Program-made: the position numbers and the translations under genes
Source: an uncultured delta proteobacterium
Lineage (GTDB): Bacteria > Myxococcota > Myxococcia > Myxococcales > Anaeromyxobacteraceae
Length of the DNA: 64,000 bases
Assembly (NCBI GenBank): GCA_963814585.1
Contig: CAWFDF010000008.1
Coordinates: forward strand, 352,001 to 416,000
Reading direction: 5' to 3'
Notes under the pieces: generated by a model
Seen by the model: the letters and a program-made list of their open reading frames with translations, nothing else
Database searches by the model: none
Told to the model about the DNA's origin: nothing
In this document: positions 20,640 to 29,855 of the stretch, piece after piece
How the letters are laid out: each line of letters begins with the position of its first letter
Numbering within the stretch: the stretch's first letter is position 1

Positions 20640-21401
20640 ATGGCGCCTCAGCTCACCCGCCGCTCGTTCCTCGCCACGCTCGCCGCCGGCCTGGCCGGCG
20701 CCGCCCTCCCCGCCCGCGCCCGCGACGGCGTGGCCTCGAGCCCGGTCGCCATCGGCCAGGTGGTGCACGATGGCCGCTGGAACCCGCGCCCCAGCGCCCT
20801 CAAGCGGCTCGGATGGGAGCTGGCGCGCCGCACCTCCATCGAGACCACGCCCGAGCCGGCCCCGGTCCGGCTCGACGCCCCTGGGCTGCACCGCCACCCG
20901 TTCCTCTACCTCGCCGGGGACGGTGCCCTGCCCCCGTTCTCCGACGCGGCGGGAGCGGCGCTGCGCCGGCACCTCCAGTTCGGTGGCTTCCTGCTGGTCG
21001 ACGCCGCCGACGGCTCCGAGGGCGGCGGCTTCGACGCCACCGTCCGCCGCGAGCTGGCCCGGGTGCTGCCGTCGGCGCCCCTGGCCCCGGTCCCCCAGGC
21101 GCACGTCCTCTACAAGACCTTCTACCTGATCGACCGGCAGGGCGGCCGCGTGTCGACGCGGCCGTGGCTGGAGGCGCAGGCCCTGGACGGGCGGCTGGCC
21201 GTGGTCTACTCGCAGAACGACCTGGGCGGCGCCTGGGCCCGCTCGGACCTGGGCGACTGGGAGTACCCCTGCACCCCCGGCGGCGAGGCCCAGCGCGAGA
21301 CGGCCATCCGGCTCGGCGTCAACCTCTCCATGTACGCCCTCTGCACCGACTACAAGGACGACGCCGTCCACCTGCCCTTCATCATGAAGCGGCGGACCTG
21401 A
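20640..21401 (+). CDS. DUF4159-domain protein with twin-arginine-like N-terminus
   Basis: TRRSFL; PFLYL.G, GGFLLVD, VNLSMYALCTDYKDDAVH. Confidence 0.85.
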   Translation: MAPQLTRRSFLATLAAGLAGAALPARARDGVASSPVAIGQVVHDGRWNPRPSALKRLGWELARRTSIETTPEPAPVRLDAPGLHRHPFLYLAGDGALPPFSDAAGAALRRHLQFGGFLLVDAADGSEGGGFDATVRRELARVLPSAPLAPVPQAHVLYKTFYLIDRQGGRVSTRPWLEAQALDGRLAVVYSQNDLGGAWARSDLGDWEYPCTPGGEAQRETAIRLGVNLSMYALCTDYKDDAVHLPFIMKRRT

Positions 21402-21411
21402 GAGCCGCCGC

Positions 21412-23700
21412 CTGGACCGGAACGCCTTCAACGACTGGCGCCTCGCCATCCTCACGCCGCTCCCGGGCTGGGCCCTGGCGCTGGCCGCGGCGGCCGCCGT
21501 GGCGGCGGTGGCGCTCACCTGGTGGGGCCTGCGGTCCGAGCCACGGCCGGGCCGCCGGCGGGCCCTGCTGGCGCTGCGAGCGGCGAGCGCGCTGCTGGCC
21601 CTCTTCCTCCTGCTCGAGCCGTGCGTCCAGCTGCTCCAGACCGCCCGCTCCCGACTCCGCTTCGCCGTGCTGGTCGACACCTCGCGCTCGATGCGCTTCC
21701 CGGTGGAGCCGGGCAGCGGCAGCCGGGCCGAGGCGGTGGCGGCGCTGCTGGCCGGGCAGCGCTCCGATCTGGCCCGCCTCGCCGAGCGGGTCGACCTCGA
21801 CTGGCGCGGGTTCGACGCGCAGGCCCAGCCTGCCGACGGCGAGGCGGCGGCGCGCGGGCTGCCCTCGGACGGGAGCCGGACCGACCTGCTGGGCGCGCTG
21901 CTGGCGGCCGCCGCCGGCCCGGGACGGAAGCTGGCCGGGGTGCTCCTCCTCTCCGACGGCGCCGACAACGCGACCCTCTCCGTGGGACTCACGCCGGCGG
22001 CGCGCGCCGAGCTGCGCGCCCTGGGCGTGCCCGTCAACACCGTGGCGGCGGGCCGGGAGCCGCCGCGCGACCTGGCCGTCGAGCGGGTGGCGGCGGAGGA
22101 GTTCGCCTTCGTCCGCAGCAGCGTGACCATCGAGGCCACGCTGCGGGCCCACGGGCTCGACGCCGGCCCCATCACGGTGGTGCTGCGGCGGGAGGGGGCG
22201 GTGGTGGCCCAGGCCACCGTGGCGCTCGAGGCGGGGAAGGACCGCTACCAGGTGCCGCTCACCTTCCGGCCCGACACCACCGGGACCTTCGTCTTCACGG
22301 TCGCGGCGCCGGTGCTCCCCGGCGAGGCGGTGGCCGCCAACAACCAGCGCTCCTTCGTGCTGCGCGTGATCCGCGACCGCGTCCGGGTGCTGCTGGTGGC
22401 CGGGCGGCCGAGCTGGGACGAGCGCTTTCTGCGCGGGCTGCTCAAGCAGGATCCCAACGTCGACCTGGTCAGCTTCTTCATCCTCCGCACCAGCTCCGAC
22501 CAGCCCGGGGCGCAGGACCAGCTCTCGCTCATCCCCTTCCCGGTGCAGGAGATCTTCGGTCCCCAGCTCAAGACCTTCGACGCGGTGGTGCTGCTCAACT
22601 TCAACTACGCCCCGTACCGCTCGCTGGACATCGAGCGGTTCCTCCCCAACCTGCGCGACTACGTCCGCGGCGGCGGCGGCCTGGCCATGGTGGGAGGGGA
22701 GCAGGGCTTCGGCGAGGCGCGCTACGGGGCCACGCCGCTGGCGGAGGTCCTGCCGGTGGCGCCGCTCGACGGGGCCGGCCTCGTCGAGGAGGCCTTCCGG
22801 CCCCGCCCCACCGTCGAGGGGCGGCGCCACCCGGTCACGGCCATCGGCGCCGGCGAGGCGGCCACCGTCGCGGCCTGGGAGGCCCTGCCGGCGCTCGAGG
22901 TGCTCAACCGGACCCGGCCGCTCCCCGCCGGCTCGGGGGCCACCGTGCTGCTGGAGGCCCCGGGCCTCCTGGTGGACGGACAGCCGGCGCCGGTGGTGGC
23001 GGTGCGCGAGGTGGGGGCCGGGCGAAGCCTGGCGGTCGCCACCGACGGCAGCTGGCACTGGGGCTACCTGGCCGCCGAGCGGGGCGGCGGCGACGGCGCC
23101 TACCGGCGCTTCTGGTCCTCGGCGCTCCGCTGGCTGGTGCGGGATCCCGAGCTCACCCCGCTCCGGGCCGAGCCGGACGCGCCGGCCATCGATCCGGGCG
23201 GGCCGGTCGGCCTCTCCATCTCGCTGCGCGGCGCCGGCTACGGCCCGGCGCCGGGCCGGAAGGTGGCGGTCGAGCTGATCGCGGAGGACGGCACCAGCGT
23301 GGCACGCGCCGAGGCCATCACCGGCGCCGACGGCGCGGTCCGCGTGGAGCTCCCCCCCGCGCCGCCGGGCGCCTACAAGGTCTCGGCCCGCGCCGAGCCG
23401 GTGCCGGGCGGCGCCCCGGAGACGGCGACCACCGCGGTCACGGTGCGCGGCGCCGGGCCGGAGGACGGCGACGCCAGGCCGCGGCCGGAGCTGCTCGCCA
23501 CCATCGCCGAGCTGACCGGCGGGGACTCGACCACGCTGCCGGGCGGCGGGCTGCCGAGGCTGCGCCAGCTGGAGCCGGAGGTGGTCGAGATCGGCCAGCG
23601 GCGAGAGGAGCCCATCTGGAACCGCTGGTGGTACCTGGCGGCGCTGTGCGCCACGCTCGGCGCCGAGTGGATCCTGCGGCGGAGGTGGGGGTACTGGTAG
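21412..23700 (+). CDS. Membrane protein with vWA-like and glutamine-amidotransferase-like domains
   Basis: VLVDTSRSM, LLLSDG, VLLVAGRPSWDERFLR, GGGLAMVGG, terminal EWILRRRWG; start uncertain (CTG 21412 or GTG 21499). Confidence 0.8.
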   Translation: MDRNAFNDWRLAILTPLPGWALALAAAAAVAAVALTWWGLRSEPRPGRRRALLALRAASALLALFLLLEPCVQLLQTARSRLRFAVLVDTSRSMRFPVEPGSGSRAEAVAALLAGQRSDLARLAERVDLDWRGFDAQAQPADGEAAARGLPSDGSRTDLLGALLAAAAGPGRKLAGVLLLSDGADNATLSVGLTPAARAELRALGVPVNTVAAGREPPRDLAVERVAAEEFAFVRSSVTIEATLRAHGLDAGPITVVLRREGAVVAQATVALEAGKDRYQVPLTFRPDTTGTFVFTVAAPVLPGEAVAANNQRSFVLRVIRDRVRVLLVAGRPSWDERFLRGLLKQDPNVDLVSFFILRTSSDQPGAQDQLSLIPFPVQEIFGPQLKTFDAVVLLNFNYAPYRSLDIERFLPNLRDYVRGGGGLAMVGGEQGFGEARYGATPLAEVLPVAPLDGAGLVEEAFRPRPTVEGRRHPVTAIGAGEAATVAAWEALPALEVLNRTRPLPAGSGATVLLEAPGLLVDGQPAPVVAVREVGAGRSLAVATDGSWHWGYLAAERGGGDGAYRRFWSSALRWLVRDPELTPLRAEPDAPAIDPGGPVGLSISLRGAGYGPAPGRKVAVELIAEDGTSVARAEAITGADGAVRVELPPAPPGAYKVSARAEPVPGGAPETATTAVTVRGAGPEDGDARPRPELLATIAELTGGDSTTLPGGGLPRLRQLEPEVVEIGQRREEPIWNRWWYLAALCATLGAEWILRRRWGYW

Positions 23701-23758
23701 GGCCCACGGCATCCCCTGACGGCCCGGGGGCAGGTGCCACGCGATGGACCGGCGTCAC

Positions 23759-25024
23759 CTACGGCAGCCAGGCCACCCGCACGCCGGCCTGGAGCATGGC
23801 GTGCGTCGGGTCGCCGATCGGCATTTCCTGGGTGACGCCACCCACCTCCAGGTCCCGCCACATCCATCGCCCCCCGTCGATCGAGGCCCAGGCGCCGAGC
23901 GTCGCTTGAGTCCAGCGCACCAGCTGCACGCCCCCTTCGAGCCTGACCATCCAGCCGTCCCAGTACTCGATCACCGGCACGCCGGCCTCCAGGCGGTCGA
24001 CCATGAGCCCCACGATCCCGGCGCCCACGCCGAACCAGGGGTCCCGCCAGGTCGCAGGGGACGGGTGGAACTCCACCTGCAGGCCGAGCGCCATGCGGAA
24101 CGGATCACAGCCACTCGCCGGCGCGCAAGTCGACGCCACGCCAGACGCCACCTCGAGGAACGCGCTCGCCCAGAAGCGCGATCCGAACCGGTAGCCGAGG
24201 GCCAGCTGCACGGGGAAGTACGCCTCGGCCACGTCCCCTGGTTGGACCAGAGGCAGGGCGCCGCCCAGCCGCCCGGAGAGCAGGAAGCCCCGCCCAACCT
24301 CCACCGGCGCGCCCTCCACGGCCGCGCCCTCTCCCGGGCGCGGCTCCCAGACGCCGCGGAACGCGAGGAGGAACGTCGCGTGGAGCGTCTGCCCCGGTGC
24401 GGGGATGACGTCGCCGAAGGTGCGGTCCTGCGTGAACCGGCCGAGCGTCAGCTCGGCCAGGATGCTGGAGCGCCCGGACGGGCCGGGCCAGGAGTACTCC
24501 AGCCGTGGGATGGTCAGCTCCAGGCCGCCGAGGTCCCAGGGGCCAGCCATGAACCAGGTGCCGCTCACGCCGGCGCCCGCCCAGAGCTCCGAGGCTCCAC
24601 CCAGGAGGCGCACCGTCGCCGCGAGGCCGGCCCGGGCCAGGGTCTGGCCCTCGGATTCCGCCTCGTTACAGAGGAACACCGTCTCGCAGCCCCAGGCGAC
24701 GCTGCCGGTGAGGCCGGCCCAGAGCCAGGGCGCGGGGTACCAGCCGAGGTCGCCTCCAACTTCGAACATGACCGGAGCGTACTGGCCGAGCGACAGGCCG
24801 GCGGTCGCGTTGCGCACCGGCACGAGCAGCCCGAGCCGGAAGCCGGCGCTGAAGGCCGGCGGCCCGCCTGGCGTGACCACGGTCGGCGCCTCGGCGACTG
24901 GAGGTCCGGGCTCGGCCACCTCCGGCACCGACGACGGGGCAGCGCCCTGCGCCGTCGCCTCCTGGGCGACCGCCACCGACGTGGTCCAGAACGCGAGCGC
25001 GAGCCTGCTCCAGCGCAAGTCCAC
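23759..25024 (-). CDS. Outer-membrane protein with two tandem beta-barrel-like domains
   Basis: Signal peptide, alternating amphipathic strands, two similar halves; RBS GGAGG. Confidence 0.6.
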   Translation of the reverse strand: MDLRWSRLALAFWTTSVAVAQEATAQGAAPSSVPEVAEPGPPVAEAPTVVTPGGPPAFSAGFRLGLLVPVRNATAGLSLGQYAPVMFEVGGDLGWYPAPWLWAGLTGSVAWGCETVFLCNEAESEGQTLARAGLAATVRLLGGASELWAGAGVSGTWFMAGPWDLGGLELTIPRLEYSWPGPSGRSSILAELTLGRFTQDRTFGDVIPAPGQTLHATFLLAFRGVWEPRPGEGAAVEGAPVEVGRGFLLSGRLGGALPLVQPGDVAEAYFPVQLALGYRFGSRFWASAFLEVASGVASTCAPASGCDPFRMALGLQVEFHPSPATWRDPWFGVGAGIVGLMVDRLEAGVPVIEYWDGWMVRLEGGVQLVRWTQATLGAWASIDGGRWMWRDLEVGGVTQEMPIGDPTHAMLQAGVRVAWLP

Positions 25025-25133
25025 CTTCCCCTCCTGGAAGCCAGCGTCCGCCTCCGAGCAGGGTCCGGCAAGGACCACGTTGTCTCAGCCCGCCGGGGAC
25101 GGCTCCGCAAGGTGGAATGGAGCGGTGCGACCG

Positions 25134-26222
25134 TCAGCGGCCGCCAAGCGCGAGCCCGAGCAGCAGGCCGAGCACCCCGAGCGCCACCACCACGGCCACC
25201 GGAGTCCGTGGGTCATCGAGCCACGGCGCCTGCGGGGCCGCGGGGCCCGTCGACTGCGCCACGCCGCCCGGCGGCGCCTCCGCGCGAGCCACCTCGACGA
25301 ACTGCTCGGAGGCCTCACGCTCGGGAGCCCGCTCCTCGACGACCGGACCGGTGACCGGGACCGATGCCGGAGACGTGGCTGGCGACTCGTCGTGCTGCGG
25401 GGGCGCGGTCTCGGGCGCGGCGAGCGAGGTGGACGCCTCGGCGGCTGCCCCCGGCCCGGCCCCCAGGGCCTGTGCCAGCGCCCGCCGGTGGCCGAGCCAG
25501 GCCGGCATCCCCTCGGCCTGCGAGGCCTCCACCCGCGCCACCACCTCACCGGCGCCGGCCGGCGCCACCGCGGCCGCCACGGCCTCGGCGAAGGCGGCCG
25601 CCGTCGGATAGCCCTCCCCCATCAACACCCGGTCGAGCACCGGCATGAGCGGTCCCGGCGCACCTCCCGGGACCAGGGGCAGGCTCTCCAGGAGGAGCCG
25701 CGCCAGGTCGCGGAGGTCGTCCTCGGGCGAGGCATCCTCGGCGAACGGCCGCCCCATCCCGCAGAGGAGCACCTCGCCGTCCTCGGCCAGCAGGATCCGC
25801 TCGGCGCGGACCGCGCCGTGGCAGAGCGGGCGATCCAGCGCGGCCGGCAGCGTGTGGCAGGCGTGGAGCGCGTGGGCCACGTCGACGGCCACCCGGGCCG
25901 CCAGCGCCGGGGAGAGCGGACCGCCGGCGTCGACCACGTTCTTCAGCGTCTCGCCCTCGCGCCAGGCCTCCACCAGCACCAGGTCGCCATCCAGCTCTCC
26001 TGGTCCCAGGAGCTGGCGCAGCGACCGGTGCCGGACCCGGGAGGCCAGATCGACGCCGCGGGCCAGCACCGAGAGGGCCAGCGCGTCGCCGGAGACCGCC
26101 GGCGGGACGCGGGCCACCAGCACGGCCCGCGGCGGCGAGGTCGAGCGGTCGAGGGCCAGCTCGGCGCGCCAGCCTCCGTCGGGCGGGAGGGCGGAGACCA
26201 CGCGGAGCCGGTCGAAGTGCAC
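25134..26222 (-). CDS. Ser/Thr kinase-like protein (probable pseudokinase) with C-terminal TM
   Basis: Kinase-fold remnants RVRHRSL, LVLVE..EGETL, ALHACH, HGAVRAERILL..DGEV. Confidence 0.7.
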   Translation of the reverse strand: MHFDRLRVVSALPPDGGWRAELALDRSTSPPRAVLVARVPPAVSGDALALSVLARGVDLASRVRHRSLRQLLGPGELDGDLVLVEAWREGETLKNVVDAGGPLSPALAARVAVDVAHALHACHTLPAALDRPLCHGAVRAERILLAEDGEVLLCGMGRPFAEDASPEDDLRDLARLLLESLPLVPGGAPGPLMPVLDRVLMGEGYPTAAAFAEAVAAAVAPAGAGEVVARVEASQAEGMPAWLGHRRALAQALGAGPGAAAEASTSLAAPETAPPQHDESPATSPASVPVTGPVVEERAPEREASEQFVEVARAEAPPGGVAQSTGPAAPQAPWLDDPRTPVAVVVALGVLGLLLGLALGGR

Positions 26223-26279
26223 GCCCGGATGCTACTACACCCGCTTCTCGTTCTCCGGCGCCCCGGGTACCATCGTCCC

Positions 26280-27191
26280 GTGCCCAGCATCCGCGCCGTC
26301 GTCACCGACCTCGACAACACGCTCTACCCCTGGGTGGACTACGTCGTCCCCTCGCTGGAGGCCATGGTGGACTCGCTGGAGGCCACCACCGGCCTGCCGC
26401 GCATCCGCATCGTCCAGTCGCTCAAGGCGGTCTACGCCAAGTACGAGTCGAACGAGTACCCGTTCGCCATCCAGGAGTCGGAGCTCTTCAAGCCCTACGA
26501 CCGGGACTTCGACTCCTTCAACGCGCTGGTGATCGACCCGGCCCGCAAGGCCTTCAAGGCGGCCCGCGATCGCTACCTGCACCCCTACCCGGGCGTGAAG
26601 GAGACGCTGCAGGCCCTGGTGGCGCGCGGCCTCAAGCTGGTGGCGCTCACCGACGCCCCCCGCAACGCCGCCGAGGGGCGGCTGCGCACCCTCAAGCTCG
26701 ACACCCTCTTCCACGCCGTCTACACCCTGCCCGCCTACCCGCTCCCCGACCACGTCGATCCGGAGATCCGCCGCAAGGAGGAGGCTGGCCACTACCGGGC
26801 GGGCGTGCCGGTGGTCGAGCTGCCGGCCGACCACGAGAAGCCCAGCGCGGCCGGGCTGCGCCGGATCCTGGGCGACCTCGGCCTGAGGGGCGAGCAGGTG
26901 CTCTACGTCGGCGACAACGTGAAGAAGGACATGCCGGTGGCGCGGGCCTGCGGCGCGCTGGGGGTGTGGGCCGAGTACGGCACCTACATCTCGAAGGAGT
27001 ACCGCGACCGGCTCCAGGTCATCTCGGCCGGAGAGGTCACCAAGCGCCACGTCGCCGAGGCCACCGCGACGCGCTGGCCACTCGCCATCTCCTCCTTCAC
27101 CCAGGTGATCGACGTGCTCGACGGGGCGCGCTGGACCAGGCTGGCCCCGGTGCGCCGCGCCGTCCGCCGGCGCCCGGCCCGGAGCCGCTGA
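26280..27191 (+). CDS. HAD-family hydrolase
   Basis: DLDNTL, YPGVKETL, EKPS, YVGDNVKKD. Confidence 0.9.
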   Translation: MPSIRAVVTDLDNTLYPWVDYVVPSLEAMVDSLEATTGLPRIRIVQSLKAVYAKYESNEYPFAIQESELFKPYDRDFDSFNALVIDPARKAFKAARDRYLHPYPGVKETLQALVARGLKLVALTDAPRNAAEGRLRTLKLDTLFHAVYTLPAYPLPDHVDPEIRRKEEAGHYRAGVPVVELPADHEKPSAAGLRRILGDLGLRGEQVLYVGDNVKKDMPVARACGALGVWAEYGTYISKEYRDRLQVISAGEVTKRHVAEATATRWPLAISSFTQVIDVLDGARWTRLAPVRRAVRRRPARSR

Positions 27192-27200
27192 GGGGCCGCC

Positions 27201-27530
27201 ATGCGCTTCCGCCACCACGTCTTCATCTGCGAGAACCGGCGCCCCGAGGGCTCGCCGAAGGGCTGCTGCGCCGCGCGGGGCGGCGAGGCGGTCAAGCAGG
27301 CCTTCAAGGCCGAGCTGGCCCGGCGCGGCCTGAACAGGGAGATCCGGGCCAACAGCGCCGGCTGCCTCGATCTCTGCGCTCAGGGGCCGGTGGTCGTGGT
27401 CTACCCTGAGGGGACCTGGTACGTGGGCGTCCGGCCGGAGGACGTGGCCGAGATCGTCGAGCAGCACCTGGTCGGCGGGCGCCCGGTGGCCAGGCTGCTG
27501 GCCAGGTCCTTCGAGCGGCCCGCCACCTGA
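27201..27530 (+). CDS. Thioredoxin-like [2Fe-2S] ferredoxin
   Basis: HVFIC..CC..GCLDLC..GP..VVYPEGTWY. Confidence 0.92.
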   Translation: MRFRHHVFICENRRPEGSPKGCCAARGGEAVKQAFKAELARRGLNREIRANSAGCLDLCAQGPVVVVYPEGTWYVGVRPEDVAEIVEQHLVGGRPVARLLARSFERPAT

Positions 27531-27570
27531 GCGGGCGCACCGGCCGCGGGCCAGGGCCCCGGCCCGGGAA

Positions 27571-28404
27571 TCAGTTCAGCATCGGCGGCCGGGCCCGCAG
27601 CGTCTCGAGCAGCGACCGGATGTCGGCAACGTCGGCGGCGGTCGGCACCGCGGCCAGGTAGGCCTCGAGGTCGCGCGCCGCCGCCGGCTTCAGCCCGAGC
27701 CGGGCCTCGACCAGCCCTCGATCGCGGACCTCGTCCATGGCGTCGGGCTGGAGAAGCAGCAGCCGGTCGATGACCCAGTAGGCCCGGACGTCGTCGCCCT
27801 GCTCCACGTAGATGCGCTTCAGGTTGTGGAGCATCCGCGACAGGATCTGGCGGGGCGGGACCGCCTGCAGGAAGCGCGGGTCGAACTCCCGGCCGTGCGC
27901 CAGGTGCTTGAAGCGGGCCACGCACTCGTCGGCGGTGAGCAGCTCGCCGCCGTTGTAGGCGTCGACGAACAGCTCCGGGCCGTGACCCAGCACCAGCTTG
28001 GTGAGGAAGTGCCCGGGGAAGCCGACGCCGGACAGGGTGAGACCGACGCGCCGGCCGACCTCCATGAGGAGGAGCGAGAGCGTGATGGGGATGCCGAGGC
28101 GGCGCTCCAGCACCTGGTTCAGGTAGGAGTTGCGGGCGTCGTAGTAGTCCTTCTCGTTGCCGCGGAACCCCTCGTCCTCGAAGAGCACCTTGCGCAGCGC
28201 CGAGAGGACCTGCGCGGTGCGCACCTGGTCGCCGACGATGGCCTTGACGCGCTCGCCCAGGGCGTCGAGCCGGTCGAGGCAGGCGCGCACGTCGAGGGCG
28301 GGGTACTCCTCGGAAGCGAGGGCCAGGGCGGCCTGGTCGAGCCGGAGGACCGGCTCGGCGAGGAGCGCCTCGAAGCGGGCGCGAGCGGGGCTGTCGAGCT
28401 GCAT
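27571..28404 (-). CDS. SirB1-family protein (transglutaminase-like plus TPR)
   Basis: GFRGN..YYD..NSYL..VLERRLGIPITLS, GVGFPGHFL, RDRGL. Confidence 0.9.
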   Translation of the reverse strand: MQLDSPARARFEALLAEPVLRLDQAALALASEEYPALDVRACLDRLDALGERVKAIVGDQVRTAQVLSALRKVLFEDEGFRGNEKDYYDARNSYLNQVLERRLGIPITLSLLLMEVGRRVGLTLSGVGFPGHFLTKLVLGHGPELFVDAYNGGELLTADECVARFKHLAHGREFDPRFLQAVPPRQILSRMLHNLKRIYVEQGDDVRAYWVIDRLLLLQPDAMDEVRDRGLVEARLGLKPAAARDLEAYLAAVPTAADVADIRSLLETLRARPPMLN

Positions 28405-28549
28405 GTGTACCGGCGAGTATAGCCCCGGGGCGACGAAGGCAAGTCCGCGTCGCATTTCTTGGAGGGGTGTCAAAGGGCGTGCGCGGCGCGCCGGCAGTTC
28501 ACGCCGACGCCTCCAGGCCGTGCCAGTCCTCCAGTGCCAGTCTTCCCAC

Positions 28550-28578
28550 TTGACGGCATGGACCCGGTTCTCTATCTT
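28550..28578 (+). promoter_or_regulatory. Sigma-70 promoter of tRNA-Asn
   Basis: TTGACG-N17-TATCTT. Confidence 0.75.
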
Positions 28579-28592
28579 GCCCGCCCTGCCAT

Positions 28593-28668
28593 TCCCCAGT
28601 AGCTCAGTTGGCAGAGCAGGTGACTGTTAATCACCGGGTCGCATGTTCGAGTCATGCCTGGGGAGCCA
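28593..28668 (+). tRNA. tRNA-Asn(GTT)
   Basis: 76-nt cloverleaf: TCCCCAG/CTGGGGA acceptor stem, GGTGA-CTGTTAA-TCACC anticodon arm, encoded CCA. Confidence 0.98.
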
Positions 28669-28677
28669 CACACCCAA

Positions 28678-28715
28678 GCCGGACGCCGCAGGAGCGGCGT
28701 CCGGCGTTTCCTCTT
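28678..28715 (+). terminator. Intrinsic terminator-like hairpin after tRNA-Asn
   Basis: 12-bp stem GCCGGACGCCGC/GCGGCGTCCGGC followed by GTTTCCTCTT. Confidence 0.7.
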
Positions 28716-28979
28716 CTGGGCCCCATCCTCGCGTCACCGCGGCAGTTGACCTTGCCTCATGTCTGGGCCTCGACGTCGGCCCAGGACCCCGCGGGCAGCC
28801 CGAAGAACATGATGGTGGCGGTCCCCTTCGTCGGGTCGCCCTCGTCCTCCCGCCCTCCACCAGGTCCTTCTCCACGGCAGCGGTCGACGCTTCGCTCGGG
28901 CGGCGAGTCCAGTTCTCCCCATGGCGGTGCACGTGGTAGCGATGGTGGCTGAAGTCGTAGGCGCCGGAGGGCCTCAGCG

Positions 28980-29447
28980 ATGAAGACGCGCCCAGGAGGT
29001 GCGGTGAAGACGAAGCGCTCCGCGAAGAAGGCGACCGAGAAGCCGTCGCCCAGGAAGGCCATCGCCAGGAGGACGCCGCCGCTCAGCGGTGGAGCTCCCA
29101 GGTCGCCACGCATCTTCGCGATGTCGTTCGCGAGCGTGTATCCGCTCTACGTGCAGAAGGCCGAGAAGAAGGGCCGGACGAAGGAGGAGGTCGACGAGAT
29201 CATCGAGTGGCTCACGGGTTACAGCGGTGAGCAACTTGGGCGCGCCACCGGCGCCAAGATCAGCCTCGAAGCCTTCTTCGCCCAGGCGCCCCGGATGAAC
29301 CCGGACGCGGGGCTCATCACGGGCGTGGTGTGTGGGGTGCGCGTGGAAGACGTCGCCGACCCGCTGATGCAGAAGATCCGATACCTCGACAAGCTGATCG
29401 ATGAGCTCGCCAAGGGAAGGAAGATGGCGAGCATCCTCCGGCAGTAG
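28980..29447 (+). CDS. DUF2200-family protein
   Basis: [55 protein letters not shown]; start uncertain. Confidence 0.9.
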   Translation: MKTRPGGAVKTKRSAKKATEKPSPRKAIARRTPPLSGGAPRSPRIFAMSFASVYPLYVQKAEKKGRTKEEVDEIIEWLTGYSGEQLGRATGAKISLEAFFAQAPRMNPDAGLITGVVCGVRVEDVADPLMQKIRYLDKLIDELAKGRKMASILRQ

Positions 29448-29578
29448 CCGAGCCGGCCGCCGGGCGAGATGGCCTTCGCGCGGGTTCGGCAGCTGCTTCC
29501 CCGGCAGCACCGGCAGCTCCAGGCCGAGCGCGACCCGGTCCGACGGCACGACCACCCGGAGCGTGAGGGCAGCCTGGC

Positions 29579-29716
29579 CTAGATGGCGTCCGGCAGCACC
29601 TCGGCCCCCTCCACGATCTCTCGCAGGCGCCTTGCGAAGCGCGCCGCCGGGGCGCCGTCGACGATGTCGTGCCGCCCCCTCGGGAACGGCCTCACTTCGG
29701 ACGAGGGCCGGGTCAT
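29579..29716 (-). pseudogene. Internally deleted 2-oxoacid dehydrogenase acyltransferase (E2-like) mini-gene, 45 aa
   Basis: Own translation MTRPSSEVRPFPRGRHDIVDGAPAARFARRLREIVEGAEVLPDAI*; HDxVDG..AARF is the E2 catalytic C-terminus. Confidence 0.75.
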
Positions 29717-29855
29717 GATCTCGTAGGATGCCATACTGGCGGATGCCGCACCCAGGACCAGCCCGGGGCCCCGGGGGCGCGCTGCAGGAAGTCATCTTGG
29801 GCATCTCGGGTGAGGCGCCAGGCTGAGGAGGAGCCAACGCCTCGAGAGGGGAGCC

